This document shows positions 17,340-26,683 of a stretch of DNA of 64,000 bases, piece by piece; within the stretch, counting starts at the first letter, position 1; every line of letters begins with the position of its first letter. The notes under the pieces are model-generated. The model was not told the DNA's origin. It made no database searches and saw nothing but the letters and a program-made list of their open reading frames with translations. The position numbers and the translations under genes were made by a program. Source of the DNA: Clostridia bacterium (lineage in GTDB: Bacteria > Bacillota > Clostridia > UMGS1883); the NCBI GenBank assembly GCA_030527235.1, contig JAUNBL010000004.1, positions 13,932 through 77,931 on the forward strand, written 5' to 3'.

Positions 17340-18647
17340 TCAGTCCTTAAAAAAGTTTGTATCGTAATCGCCTGAAACAAAGCGTTCATCGGATATTATT
17401 TCAAGCGCCTCGTCACGGTTTGTGTCCACGCCTTTCAAAATAAGCTCACACAGCGCCGCGTCCATTTTGCGAATTGCTTCCTCGCGCGTCTGCGCCCAGA
17501 CAATGAGCTTGCCGATACAGGCATCGTAGAAAGACGGAATGGTATACCCTTGATACAGCGCGCAGTCAAAGCGCACCGACATGCCGCCGGGAACATGCAA
17601 AAGCTCCAGCGTTGCATTAGCGGCTCCCTTAAGATTGATTCTACATTCAAGTGCGTGGCCCGAAATCGCAACATCTTTTTGCGAAAAGCCGAGCGGCACA
17701 TTTGCACAAATGCGAATCTGCCATTTGACTATGTCTATCCCCGTAACTGCCTCCGTTACACCATGCTCTACCTGAAGGCGCGTATTCATCTCCATAAAGT
17801 AAAAATCTTTTCCGCACAAAAGGAACTCAACTGTACCAACCCCTGTGTAGCCCGCGGCTTTGGCGGCCTTCACAGACGCGTCAATCATTCTATCACGTGT
17901 ATCGCAGTCCACCGCACAGGAGGGAGATTCCTCAACCAGCTTCTGATGATGCCTTTGCACCGAGCACTCACGTTCACCCAGACAAACAACATTGCCTTCG
18001 TTGTCCGCGAGAATTTGAATTTCTATATGCCGCGCATGCTCGAGATATTTTTCAAGATACACTCCCTCGTTGCCAAACGCGCCGCGCGCCTCTGTCTTCG
18101 CGCTTTCAAAGGCGTTTTCAAGCTCACTTGTGGTTTTCGCAAGACGTATTCCTCGTCCGCCGCCGCCCGCTGTCGCTTTGACCAGAAGCGGAAATCCTAT
18201 TTTGGCGGACTCTGTTTTTGCCTCTTCCGCCGTTGCCACCAGCGAACTGCCCGGCAAGAGCGGTACGGAGGCTTGCCTCATCATCGCACGAGCCGTTTCT
18301 TTGTCGCCAAGACGCGCAATAACGCTTGAACGCGGTCCTATAAACGTAATTCCCTGCGCTTCGCAAAGAGCTGCAAACTCGGAGTTCTCCGCTAAAAAAC
18401 CGTAGCCTGGGTGAATTGCCTGGGCTCGTGTGGCCTTTGCCGCAGCAACAATCGCGTTTTGATTCAAATAGCTGTCGCGCGCAAGCGCCTCTCCTATACA
18501 GACGCTCTCATCCGCCAAGCTTACGTGCAGAGACTCGGAATCTGCGCGTGAAAAGACAGCAACTGTCCTGATGCCCATCTCGCGGCATGCTCGTATTATT
18601 CTAACGGCAACTTCGCCTCTGTTGGCTATTAAAATTTTCGCAAACAT
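17340..18647 (-). CDS. accC: Biotin carboxylase
   Basis: 435 aa. The N-terminus KILIANRGEVAVRIIRACREMGI and the ATP-grasp layout fit the family. Confidence 0.9.
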   Translation of the reverse strand: MFAKILIANRGEVAVRIIRACREMGIRTVAVFSRADSESLHVSLADESVCIGEALARDSYLNQNAIVAAAKATRAQAIHPGYGFLAENSEFAALCEAQGITFIGPRSSVIARLGDKETARAMMRQASVPLLPGSSLVATAEEAKTESAKIGFPLLVKATAGGGGRGIRLAKTTSELENAFESAKTEARGAFGNEGVYLEKYLEHARHIEIQILADNEGNVVCLGERECSVQRHHQKLVEESPSCAVDCDTRDRMIDASVKAAKAAGYTGVGTVEFLLCGKDFYFMEMNTRLQVEHGVTEAVTGIDIVKWQIRICANVPLGFSQKDVAISGHALECRINLKGAANATLELLHVPGGMSVRFDCALYQGYTIPSFYDACIGKLIVWAQTREEAIRKMDAALCELILKGVDTNRDEALEIISDERFVSGDYDTNFFKD

Positions 18648-18656
18648 TTTGCCACC

Positions 18657-19073
18657 TCATTTCAGAACAAACGAAAACTCCGCGCTTACGCAAAGCGCAC
18701 CTTTTACAAATCCTTTCGCCTGCGCGAGGTAAAAGGGGGTTCGCGCTTTTGTAATAACGCACTGCGTCTCAAATGCGTCTCCCGGGCGCACGCTTTGCTT
18801 AAAGCGCACATTATCAAGTCCCGCAAAAAGAGGTGTGACCCCCTTTGCCTCCTCACCTAAAAGCACGCACGCGGACTGAGCCAATATCTCGCACAGCACA
18901 ACGCCGGGTACAATAGGGTTTCCGGGGAAGTGTCCGTCTAAAAACCACTCATCCCCGCGCACCGTATATAACCCCTTCGCCACGCCGTCTTCCACACACA
19001 CACTGTCTAAAAGCAGCATACTACCGCGATGGGGGAGAAGCGTCATAATTTCATTTCTTTCCACTTTTGTCAC
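18657..19073 (-). CDS. fabZ: 3-hydroxyacyl-ACP dehydratase
   Basis: 138 aa. Hot-dog fold motifs are LPHRGSMLLLD and GHFPGNPIVPGV. Confidence 0.9.
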   Translation of the reverse strand: MTKVERNEIMTLLPHRGSMLLLDSVCVEDGVAKGLYTVRGDEWFLDGHFPGNPIVPGVVLCEILAQSACVLLGEEAKGVTPLFAGLDNVRFKQSVRPGDAFETQCVITKARTPFYLAQAKGFVKGALCVSAEFSFVLK

Positions 19074-19480
19074 CTGATTATAAATAATATTTGACCGTAT
19101 TCCACCATGGCGCCGTCCTCAACGCATATTTTTTCCACTGTTCCGTCACAGTCGGCAGTAATTTCGTTTAGGAGCTTCATTGCCTCTATGATGCATAGCA
19201 CATCGCCTTTTTTCACGCTGGCGCCAACCTCTACAAAGGGTTTTGCATCGGGCGAACTTGCCCTGTAAAATATGCCCACCATCGGCGATGGCACCGCACC
19301 GGTTTCGATGCGTAATTGCGAATCCTGTTGTGCGGATGTCTCCTGAGGAGGCATAGAAGGCACGGCCGCCGCGCGTTCTATGCGAATCGCCTTCAAATCA
19401 TCTTTAATTTCTATCGCGCTCAGTGAGTTTTCTGCCATCAGCTTCGCCAATGCGCGGATGTTTCTTATACTGGTATCCAT
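19070..19480 (-). CDS. accB: Biotin carboxyl carrier protein
   Basis: 136 aa with biotinyl-lysine motif CIIEAMKLLNEI. Confidence 0.9.
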   Translation of the reverse strand: MDTSIRNIRALAKLMAENSLSAIEIKDDLKAIRIERAAAVPSMPPQETSAQQDSQLRIETGAVPSPMVGIFYRASSPDAKPFVEVGASVKKGDVLCIIEAMKLLNEITADCDGTVEKICVEDGAMVEYGQILFIIR

Positions 19481-20709
19481 TATTCCGCCCTCCTAAATGC
19501 CAAAACTCCGTTATGCCCTCCAAATCCCAAAGACGTGGAAAGCGCAAGCGTAAGCTTTGCCGCTTTTGCCGTTTGGGGAGTATAATCAAGGTCACAGTCG
19601 ATGTCGGAAAGGCAAAGACCCACGGTTGGGGGAACAACGCCTTCTTCAAGAGCCTTAGCCGAAACAATCGCCTCTACGGCGCCTGCTGCGCCGAGCATAT
19701 GTCCCGTCATGGATTTTGTGGAATCCACGTGAATATATTTCGATGCCTCTTTGAAGGCTTGTTTAATCGCTATTGTTTCAGCCTTGTCATTGAGTATAGT
19801 GGAAGTCCCGTGCGCGTTAATATAAACCGTATCATCATCAGTATATCCCGCCTCATCAGCCGCAAGGCGAATCGCGCGCGCCGCGCCGAAAGCCTCCGGA
19901 TGCGGTGCAGTGATATGGTGCGCATCGCACGTGTTTGCATATCCTTCTACCAACGCATAAATTTTCGCACCACGGGCTTTTGCATGTTCGTATTCCTCAA
20001 GCACCACAGCGCCCGCGCCCTCGCCCATGACAAAACCGCTTCGCCGCGCGTCAAACGGAATTGAGGCAGCGCTTTTATCCTCTGTTTCGGTCAGAGCTTT
20101 GCAGCTTGTAAATCCGGCGACAGCAAGCGGCGTTACAGCAGCCTCCGCACCGCCGGCAATAATGGCATCCGCATAACCGTACGCTATCGCGCGATACGCC
20201 TCTCCGATGGCGTGAGTAGATGTTGCGCACGCAGTCACCACAGGCAGACACGGTCCCTGCGCGTTGTGGATAATCGCAATCGTACCTGCCGCCATGTTGG
20301 AGATAAGCATCGGAATAAAAAACGGAGAAACGCGTCGAGGGCCGCCGTTTAACAGATGGTCATGTTCGAGGGCAAATGTGTTCATCCCGCCTATTCCGCT
20401 CCCAAAATAGACTCCCAGCCTCTCCGGCGTGACAGCGCCTGCAATTTCACTGTCACGAACCGCCTCGTCAGCCGCCGCAACTGCGTATTGTGTGAAAAGG
20501 TCCTGCTTTCTCGCTTCACTCTTTTCCATATAATTGAGCGGGTCAAAACCTCGTACTTCGCACGCAAGCTTCACCTTAAAATCGGTTGTGTCAAATTTTG
20601 TTATCCTATCGACAGCGCACACGCCTGCCTTAATATTGCTCCAAAATTCAGGCACGCCGTTTCCTACGGGCGAAATAACGCCCATTCCGCATATAGCAAC
20701 CTTACGCAT
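19480..20709 (-). CDS. fabF: 3-oxoacyl-ACP synthase II
   Basis: 409 aa. The active-site Cys is in VVTACATSTHAIGEA; other blocks are NAHGTST and GHMLGAAG. Confidence 0.9.
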   Translation of the reverse strand: MRKVAICGMGVISPVGNGVPEFWSNIKAGVCAVDRITKFDTTDFKVKLACEVRGFDPLNYMEKSEARKQDLFTQYAVAAADEAVRDSEIAGAVTPERLGVYFGSGIGGMNTFALEHDHLLNGGPRRVSPFFIPMLISNMAAGTIAIIHNAQGPCLPVVTACATSTHAIGEAYRAIAYGYADAIIAGGAEAAVTPLAVAGFTSCKALTETEDKSAASIPFDARRSGFVMGEGAGAVVLEEYEHAKARGAKIYALVEGYANTCDAHHITAPHPEAFGAARAIRLAADEAGYTDDDTVYINAHGTSTILNDKAETIAIKQAFKEASKYIHVDSTKSMTGHMLGAAGAVEAIVSAKALEEGVVPPTVGLCLSDIDCDLDYTPQTAKAAKLTLALSTSLGFGGHNGVLAFRRAE

Positions 20710-20719
20710 AAGTAACCTC

Positions 20720-21424
20720 CTACATTCCCATTCCGCCGTCTATCGGAATAACGCTGCCCGTTATATAGCCTGCCTCGTCTGATGCCAGAAAAGCGCACAG
20801 CGCGGCAACTTCTTTTGCACTGCCCGCGCGTTTGAGCGGCACGCCGTCCAGCAGCGCCTCGCGCTTTTTTTCGTCAATGCCCAATGTCATAGCTGTTTCT
20901 ATAAACCCCGGTGCAACGGCGTTACAAGTTACATTTCGCGGCGCCAGTTCACGGGCGATACATTTTGTAAGACCTATAAGACCTGCCTTTGCCGCGCAGT
21001 AATTTGCCTGCCCCGCGTTACCGCGCACAGCTGCGACAGAGCTTATGTTTATAATGCGCCCGAAACGACTTTTTATAAAAAACGGGCTCACCGCTTTTAT
21101 AAGATTAAACGCGCCTCGCAGGTTAACGGCGTACACATCGTCAAAATCCTGCGGCAACATCGCAACAACAAGATTATCCCGTGTGATGCCGGCATTGTTT
21201 ACACATATATCGATTCTGCCAAAAGCCTTAACAACAGCCGCAACAGCGCTTTTAACGGCGTCAAAATCCGACACGTCACAGTTAATAAAAAGAACGTCTT
21301 TTTCATTTGGCTCATTATTGCCCAAGACGGCAACCTTTGCGCCCTCTTTTATAAAGCGCCTTGCTGTTTCAAGGCCTATGCCGCGGCTTGCACCGCTTAT
21401 CAGCGCAATCTTTCCTTCAAGCAT
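20720..21424 (-). CDS. fabG: 3-oxoacyl-ACP reductase (SDR)
   Basis: GKIALISGASRGIG and YCAAKAG are present. The likelier start is ATG 21424, which follows GGAGAGGG; the track ORF starts at 21454. Confidence 0.9.
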   Translation of the reverse strand: MLEGKIALISGASRGIGLETARRFIKEGAKVAVLGNNEPNEKDVLFINCDVSDFDAVKSAVAAVVKAFGRIDICVNNAGITRDNLVVAMLPQDFDDVYAVNLRGAFNLIKAVSPFFIKSRFGRIINISSVAAVRGNAGQANYCAAKAGLIGLTKCIARELAPRNVTCNAVAPGFIETAMTLGIDEKKREALLDGVPLKRAGSAKEVAALCAFLASDEAGYITGSVIPIDGGMGM

Positions 21425-22305
21425 TCGTCCCTCTCCTTTGTACTTGTTACACAAAACGTTTTCGCATCGGGAAGTATTCGCCCTATGAGCGTTGAGAGCG
21501 TATTGCCCACTCCCACCTCGATAAATGTATCAAATCCATCGGCCGCCATGTTTTCTATCGTTTTCTGCCAAAGTACGGGCGAACAGACTTGACGCGACAA
21601 AAGCTTTCTTTCCTCTCCCTGCTGATACGGAAGAGCCGTAACATTTGAATAAAGCGGAAACGAAGATTTGTGAAACTCAAATTTTGCCATATAGTCATAC
21701 AAAAGACCGGACGCTTCCTCCATGTACGGTGTGTGAAACGCGCCGGAAACGGCAAGGGGGACGGCCCTTCCTCCCAGAGTTCGTACCGCGTCAAAGAAGG
21801 TTTTGGCGCGCTTCGCTTCTCCGGAAACCACAATTTGGGTGTCACAGTTATAGTTCGCGGCATAGACGCCCGCCATCTTACAGGCTTCTTCAACTTGAGT
21901 CGGCGTAATCCTCATTACTGCAGCCATAAAGCCTGCGGTTTTTTTGGCGCAGAAATCCATCAACTCGCCGCGTTTACACACAAGCTCAAAAGCGTTTTGT
22001 ATGGTGAGTACGTTTGCAAAAGCAAGCGCGGGTATTTCGCCGAGCGAAAAGCCGGCGGCCGCATCCGGAACCAAACCTTCTGCGCTTAGTGCATATGCCG
22101 CCGCAAGGTCGGCGCAAAAAACGCATGGCTGTGTGTTCACGGTTTGGGCGAGAATCTCTCCGCTGCCCTCAAAGCAAAGGCGGGTTATTTCCTCTCCCGC
22201 AATGTCAAATACGGCACGTGAAGCCGGACATTCGTCATAAAAGCTTTTACCCATGCCCGTTTTTTGCGCGCCTTGCCCCGAAAACACAAACGCTAACTTA
22301 CCCAT
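21400..22305 (-). CDS. fabD: Malonyl-CoA:ACP transacylase
   Basis: 301 aa with FSGQGAQKTGMG and the active-site block GFSLGE. Confidence 0.9.
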   Translation of the reverse strand: MGKLAFVFSGQGAQKTGMGKSFYDECPASRAVFDIAGEEITRLCFEGSGEILAQTVNTQPCVFCADLAAAYALSAEGLVPDAAAGFSLGEIPALAFANVLTIQNAFELVCKRGELMDFCAKKTAGFMAAVMRITPTQVEEACKMAGVYAANYNCDTQIVVSGEAKRAKTFFDAVRTLGGRAVPLAVSGAFHTPYMEEASGLLYDYMAKFEFHKSSFPLYSNVTALPYQQGEERKLLSRQVCSPVLWQKTIENMAADGFDTFIEVGVGNTLSTLIGRILPDAKTFCVTSTKERDECLKERLR

Positions 22306-23240
22306 TCCGACGCTCCTTTAAGCAGTTCTTGCGCGCCAAATACAACATCGCTGATAATTTCCGCCGCGCTCATCTCTTCCTTAACCATTGCCGCAACCTG
22401 ACCCGCCATAAAGCATCCGCTTTCAACGTCACCCTTCACAGCCGCACGGTACAGGGCGCCTCCGCCAAGCGCCTCCAACGCCTCGTTTGAAACGCTGCTG
22501 TCATATTCTTGGCGTAAAAACTCGCGGGAAAAGGGTGTTTTCAGGCTGCGAACGGGGTGACCAAGCCGTTTCCCTGTAGTAATTGTGTCCACGTCCTTAG
22601 CCTTAAGTATTTTTTCCTTATAGTTTGCATGTACGCTGCATTCATGCGCGCACAAAAACCGCGTTCCCATCTGCGCGCCGCAGGCGCCAAGCATCATAGC
22701 TGCGGCAAGAGAGCGTCCATCGTAAATTCCGCCTGCTGCAATGACCGGAACATCTGTCATTTCCGCAATTTGCGGTACGAGCACCATCGTAGTCAAATCG
22801 CCTACATGTCCTCCGCTTTCTCCGCCCTCTGCAATGAGGGCATCCGCACCGGCACGCAGTGCAATTTTGGCAACGGCAACGCTTGCGACCACAGGAATAA
22901 CCTTCTTTCCTGCGGATTTCCACATGGGAATGTATTTGGAGGGATTTCCCGCTCCGGTTGTTATCACATCAACAGGTTCCTCGCACAAAAGCGCCGCAAC
23001 CTCCTCGGCATAAGGACTCATGAGCATTACGTTAACTCCGAGCGGTTTGTCTGTCACCCGACGCGCCGCCGCTATCTGGCTGTGCAGATATTCCGCCGGC
23101 GAATTCATTGCCGAGATTATACCCAGTCCTCCGCCCTCCGACACCGCAGAAGCAAGAGATGCGTCTGCAATCCATGCCATTGCCCCCTGAAAAATGGGGT
23201 ATTTAATTGCAAGCATATCGCATATCGCCGATTTAATCAT
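22293..23240 (-). CDS. fabK: Enoyl-ACP reductase II (FMN-dependent, nitronate-monooxygenase fold)
   Basis: 315-aa TIM-barrel flavoprotein pattern. Its position between acpP and fabD matches streptococcal and clostridial fab operons. Confidence 0.8.
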   Translation of the reverse strand: MIKSAICDMLAIKYPIFQGAMAWIADASLASAVSEGGGLGIISAMNSPAEYLHSQIAAARRVTDKPLGVNVMLMSPYAEEVAALLCEEPVDVITTGAGNPSKYIPMWKSAGKKVIPVVASVAVAKIALRAGADALIAEGGESGGHVGDLTTMVLVPQIAEMTDVPVIAAGGIYDGRSLAAAMMLGACGAQMGTRFLCAHECSVHANYKEKILKAKDVDTITTGKRLGHPVRSLKTPFSREFLRQEYDSSVSNEALEALGGGALYRAAVKGDVESGCFMAGQVAAMVKEEMSAAEIISDVVFGAQELLKGASEWVS

Positions 23241-23452
23241 TTTTTATTGGCCTCTACAAAATCAATAAGCTCTCCGACTGTTTTGAGAGACCCGTCCAGC
23301 TCCAATGTACAGCCGAGTTTTTCTTCAAGCTCCATGACAAGATTAAATACATCGAGCGAATCTATTCCAAGAACGTCAAATGTGCTCTCGCGCGTTATTT
23401 CCTGTTTGTCGGTGTATTCTCCGAGCATCTCCAATATTGTTTTTTCAACCAT
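23237..23452 (-). CDS. acpP: Acyl carrier protein
   Basis: 71 aa with the phosphopantetheine attachment motif LGIDSLD. Confidence 0.9.
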   Translation of the reverse strand: MVEKTILEMLGEYTDKQEITRESTFDVLGIDSLDVFNLVMELEEKLGCTLELDGSLKTVGELIDFVEANKK

Positions 23453-23472
23453 TTTTTACAACCTCCAGTTTT

Positions 23473-24429
23473 TTAATTCCATCTTATTATGCACGCTCCG
23501 TCGGACAGACCGCCTCCGAATGCACACATTGCCAGTAAATCGCCACGAGTAAACTTTCCCTGTGAACTGCACTCATCAAGTAAAAGCGGAATCGCCGCCG
23601 ATGAAGTGTTGCCGCGTTTATCTATATTTACACAAAACCGCTCCGCGCCGATTCCGAGCTTCTTTTGTGTTGCTTGTATAATTCTGAGGTTAGCCTGATG
23701 TGAAAGCACGTATGATATATCTGAAACCTCTATCGCTGCAGCTGCAGCCGCTTCCGCCACATCGCGAGCCATCGCATTAACAGCGTATTTATATACCTCG
23801 CCGCCGTCCATGAAAAGAGTACTGTCCGGCGCAGCGGCCGACAAATATGGACTGCTCCCGCGTACGCCTCCTATCGTTAAAAGCGTATCGTTTCCCGCCG
23901 TGTGCGTTACTATCGACAAAAGATTCTCGCCCCTGCCCAAAAGCACCGCGCCAGCCGCATCGCCAAAAAGAACGCATGATGAGCGGTCGCTCCAGTCAAT
24001 ATACCTTGTCATCTGCTCAGACGAAACAACAAGAATTTTATCCGTGCGGCCGGCATCAAAATACGACTTTGCGATATCAAGCGCCGTTATAAAACCTGCA
24101 CATGCTCCGTTCACATCAAATGCCGGGCAGCGTGCGCCTATGCGCTGCTGTACCATACACGCCGTAGTCGGAGTAATGTATTCCCCTCCTATGGTGGAGC
24201 AAATAATAAGGTCGATTTCACCTGGTTTTACGGAGGCGTTTTTCAAAGCTCTGCTCGCAGCCGCAGTTGCAAGCTGAGACGCCGTTTCACCTGCCGAAAC
24301 CCGCCTTTCACGAATACCGGTCCGTTGCGAAATCCATTCGTCTGATGTGTCGAGAAATTCAGCAAGGTCATCGTTCGTTACAACCGTTTCCGGAATAGCG
24401 CTGCCTGTGCCGAGAATTGAAAAGCTCAT
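23473..24429 (-). CDS. fabH: 3-oxoacyl-ACP synthase III
   Basis: 318 aa. The active Cys is in DVNGACAGF; other blocks are SHQANLRI and FGGGLS. Confidence 0.9.
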   Translation of the reverse strand: MSFSILGTGSAIPETVVTNDDLAEFLDTSDEWISQRTGIRERRVSAGETASQLATAAASRALKNASVKPGEIDLIICSTIGGEYITPTTACMVQQRIGARCPAFDVNGACAGFITALDIAKSYFDAGRTDKILVVSSEQMTRYIDWSDRSSCVLFGDAAGAVLLGRGENLLSIVTHTAGNDTLLTIGGVRGSSPYLSAAAPDSTLFMDGGEVYKYAVNAMARDVAEAAAAAAIEVSDISYVLSHQANLRIIQATQKKLGIGAERFCVNIDKRGNTSSAAIPLLLDECSSQGKFTRGDLLAMCAFGGGLSDGACIIRWN

Positions 24430-24911
24430 CGCTCATCTGTTCCTTTCAAAAGTGTTTCCTTAAAGACTTCGTGCATCTTTGCAATTCCACGGCGAAAGCA
24501 CTCCTTTTCCGCATCCGAAAAACCCTTAGAGAGTGCCTTGATTGTGTTTTTGAAATAGTATTTCTGATATACATACAGCCGCTCGCCTTCACGTGTAAGG
24601 CGCACCGTTACCACACGTCCATCGAATTTGCTCTTTTCCTTATTGACATAGCCCTTTTTCTCCAGTTTGTTCACCGCCGCCGTAACGGAAGGAAGCGTTA
24701 TCCCCAGCTCTGCTGCAAGCTGCGAAACGGTAAGACCCGTTTCTCCCCTGCGTCCGAGTATGGCAAGAATGTTCATCTCGCTCGAAGTAATGTCAACAGC
24801 TTCGGCCCGGCGCAGCAGTGCGCTCTCAACGCGCAACAGCGCGTGATACGTCTCAATGAGCACATCCTCAAAGTCTGCTGTGTATACTTCCAACAACAGC
24901 ACCCCTTCCAT
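24426..24911 (-). CDS. MarR-family transcriptional regulator; first gene of the fab operon (FabT-like by position)
   Basis: 161 aa with a winged helix (LTVSQLAAELGITLPSVTAAVNKLEKKGYV). It overlaps fabH by 4 nt. There is no SD before ATG 24911, so an internal TTG after GGAAGGGG is an alternative start. Confidence 0.75.
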   Translation of the reverse strand: MEGVLLLEVYTADFEDVLIETYHALLRVESALLRRAEAVDITSSEMNILAILGRRGETGLTVSQLAAELGITLPSVTAAVNKLEKKGYVNKEKSKFDGRVVTVRLTREGERLYVYQKYYFKNTIKALSKGFSDAEKECFRRGIAKMHEVFKETLLKGTDER

Positions 24912-24921
24912 AAAAAGTAAT

Positions 24922-24940
24922 TAGATAGACTAACTATCTA
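24922..24940. promoter_or_regulatory. Inverted repeat TAGATAG-ACTAA-CTATCTA; candidate MarR/FabT operator
   Basis: Perfect 7-bp arms lie between the fab promoter -10 and the marR start codon. Confidence 0.45.
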
Positions 24941-24945
24941 TTGGC

Positions 24946-24974
24946 ATTATACACCGCTCTTCCATGCATGTCAA
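24946..24974 (-). promoter_or_regulatory. Consensus sigma-A promoter of the fab operon
   Basis: On the minus strand: TTGACA (plus 24969-74), 17-nt spacer, TATAAT (plus 24946-51). Confidence 0.7.
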
Positions 24975-25018
24975 TAGCAAAAAAGAAAAAAGTCAAAAAA
25001 ATATGGTAAAATAGAAAA

Positions 25019-25106
25019 GCGCCCCGAAGCGCGTGCTCTCAAATTTGGAGGAGGAGAGATAGCGCGCCTCAGAGCGATTGGTTATATACGTTATACATAT
25101 ATAACC
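25019..25106. ncRNA. Unassigned structured intergenic element (two or three hairpins); strand and function unknown
   Basis: The first hairpin is GCGCG-TG-CTCTC-[AAATTTGGAGGAG]-GAGAG-ATAG-CGCGC (25029-67). The second is GGTTATATA-9 nt-TATATAACC (25080-25106). An alternative small hairpin at 25019-32 is followed by TTTTCTATTTT on the minus strand. Confidence 0.3.
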
Positions 25107-25230
25107 AGGCTGACAAGATTGATTGTAAAGCAAAAACGTGAATTGAAGATGTAGATAATATAAACAGTTTGTAAACACTGCTCAGACAAAAATCGTGTTA
25201 AAAAAACAGCACATAGAGCAAAAAAGATGA

Positions 25231-25259
25231 TTGCATTATGAAAAAAAGCGTGTTATACT
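25231..25259 (+). promoter_or_regulatory. Candidate sigma-A promoter of glnA
   Basis: TTGCAT (25231-36), 17-nt spacer, TATACT (25254-59). Confidence 0.55.
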
Positions 25260-25273
25260 CACATCATCAAAAG

Positions 25274-25307
25274 CAAAGGCGCTTCGGATTAGTTCGGAGC
25301 GCCTTTG
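25274..25307 (+). promoter_or_regulatory. glnA 5'-leader hairpin (19 bp including 2 G-U pairs, UUAG loop)
   Basis: CAAAGGCGCTTCGGA-TTAG-TTCGGAGCGCCTTTG. The two wobble pairs form only in the plus-strand RNA. The hairpin ends about 10 nt before the SD AAGGAGG and has no U-tract. Confidence 0.5.
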
Positions 25308-25329
25308 TCTACTATAAGGAGGCAGTATC

Positions 25330-26661
25330 ATGAGTAAGTACACCAAAGCGGACATTCTGAGACTGGTAGAGGAGGACGATGTAAAATTTATTCGTCTGCA
25401 ATTTACCGACATGAACGGCCAGCTCAAAAACGTTGCCATTACCGAGAGTCAAATTGAGAAAGCTCTCGATAATAAAATCATGTTTGATGGCTCATCTATT
25501 GAAGGCTTTGTCGGAATTGAGCAGTCCGATATGTATCTTTACCCCGATTTGGACTCCTTTGTAATCTTTCCGTGGAGGCCGCAGCAGGGAAAAGTCGCCC
25601 GCTTGATATGCGATGTTTACAAGCCCGACGGAACACCATTTGAGGGCGACCCGCGCTATATCTTAAAGAAAGAGCTTGCAAAGGCGGAGAAAATGGGTTA
25701 TACGATGAACGTCGGTCCCGAATGTGAATTCTTCCTGTTTCAGACGGACGATAACGGCAAGCCTACCACCATCACACATGATGAGGGCGGTTATTTCGAT
25801 TTGGCGCCCATAGACATGGGCGAGAATTGCCGCAGGGAAATCTGTCAAACTCTTGAAAGCATGGGGTTTGAAATTGAAGCTTCGCACCATGAGGTGGCAC
25901 AGGGGCAGCATGAAATTGACTTCAAATACGAAGAGGCGCTCAAATGCGCCGATGACATAATGACCTTCAAGCTGGTTGTAAAAACAATAGCCCAAAAGCA
26001 TGGTCTGCACGCAACGTTCATGGCGAAACCGCTCTACGGAATTAACGGAAGCGGAATGCACACCAACATGTCCCTCATGAAGGGCGGTCAGAACGCTTTT
26101 TATGACCCGGACGGCAAGGACGGTCTTTCAGAAGCGGCATACAGCTATATTGCCGGACTTCTCAAGCACGTCAAATCTACGGCGGCAATTACAAATCCTA
26201 CTGTAAATTCTTACAAAAGGCTTGTGCCGGGTTATGAGGCGCCGTGCTACATAGCATGGTCGGCATCGAACCGAAGCGCGCTTATCAGGATTCCGGCGTC
26301 AAGAGGCATGGGCACACGCGTCGAGCTGCGCTGTCCGGATCCCACATGTAACCCGTATCTTGCACTTGCGGCAGTTTTGGCCGCCGGGCTTGACGGAATA
26401 AAACAAAACCTCAAACCTGCCGATAGCGTGGACGTCTCCATTTTCAGCCTCACACCGCAGCAGAGGCAGAGCTATGGCATAGACTCGCTGCCCGGAACGC
26501 TTGAAAGCGCGATTAAAGAAATGTGTGCTGACGCTGTTGTAAAAGACGTACTCGGAGAGCATATTCTTGCGCGATACGCAGAGGCAAAACTTTCCGAGTG
26601 GGACCGCTATCGTACGAAAGTAACCCAATGGGAGCTTGACGAATACCTTACTAAATATTGA
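25330..26661 (+). CDS. glnA: Glutamine synthetase, type I
   Basis: 443 aa. Blocks are [38 protein letters not shown] and NRSALIRIP. Confidence 0.95.
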   Translation: MSKYTKADILRLVEEDDVKFIRLQFTDMNGQLKNVAITESQIEKALDNKIMFDGSSIEGFVGIEQSDMYLYPDLDSFVIFPWRPQQGKVARLICDVYKPDGTPFEGDPRYILKKELAKAEKMGYTMNVGPECEFFLFQTDDNGKPTTITHDEGGYFDLAPIDMGENCRREICQTLESMGFEIEASHHEVAQGQHEIDFKYEEALKCADDIMTFKLVVKTIAQKHGLHATFMAKPLYGINGSGMHTNMSLMKGGQNAFYDPDGKDGLSEAAYSYIAGLLKHVKSTAAITNPTVNSYKRLVPGYEAPCYIAWSASNRSALIRIPASRGMGTRVELRCPDPTCNPYLALAAVLAAGLDGIKQNLKPADSVDVSIFSLTPQQRQSYGIDSLPGTLESAIKEMCADAVVKDVLGEHILARYAEAKLSEWDRYRTKVTQWELDEYLTKY

Positions 26662-26683
26662 GCATGCGAAAGGGGGATGAAAC

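Noticed and set aside
17336-17389. Apparent 50-nt overlap of accD with accC
   Set aside because: A GTG at 17335 with a good RBS just after the accC stop resolves it. The extension is an ORF-caller artefact.
25100-25230. TnrA/GlnR-type box (TGTNAN7TNACA) upstream of glnA
   Set aside because: The closest candidates (TGTAAAGCAAAAACGTG, TGTAAACACTGCTCAGACA) have the wrong spacing or half-sites. No GlnR or TnrA gene is present in the window.
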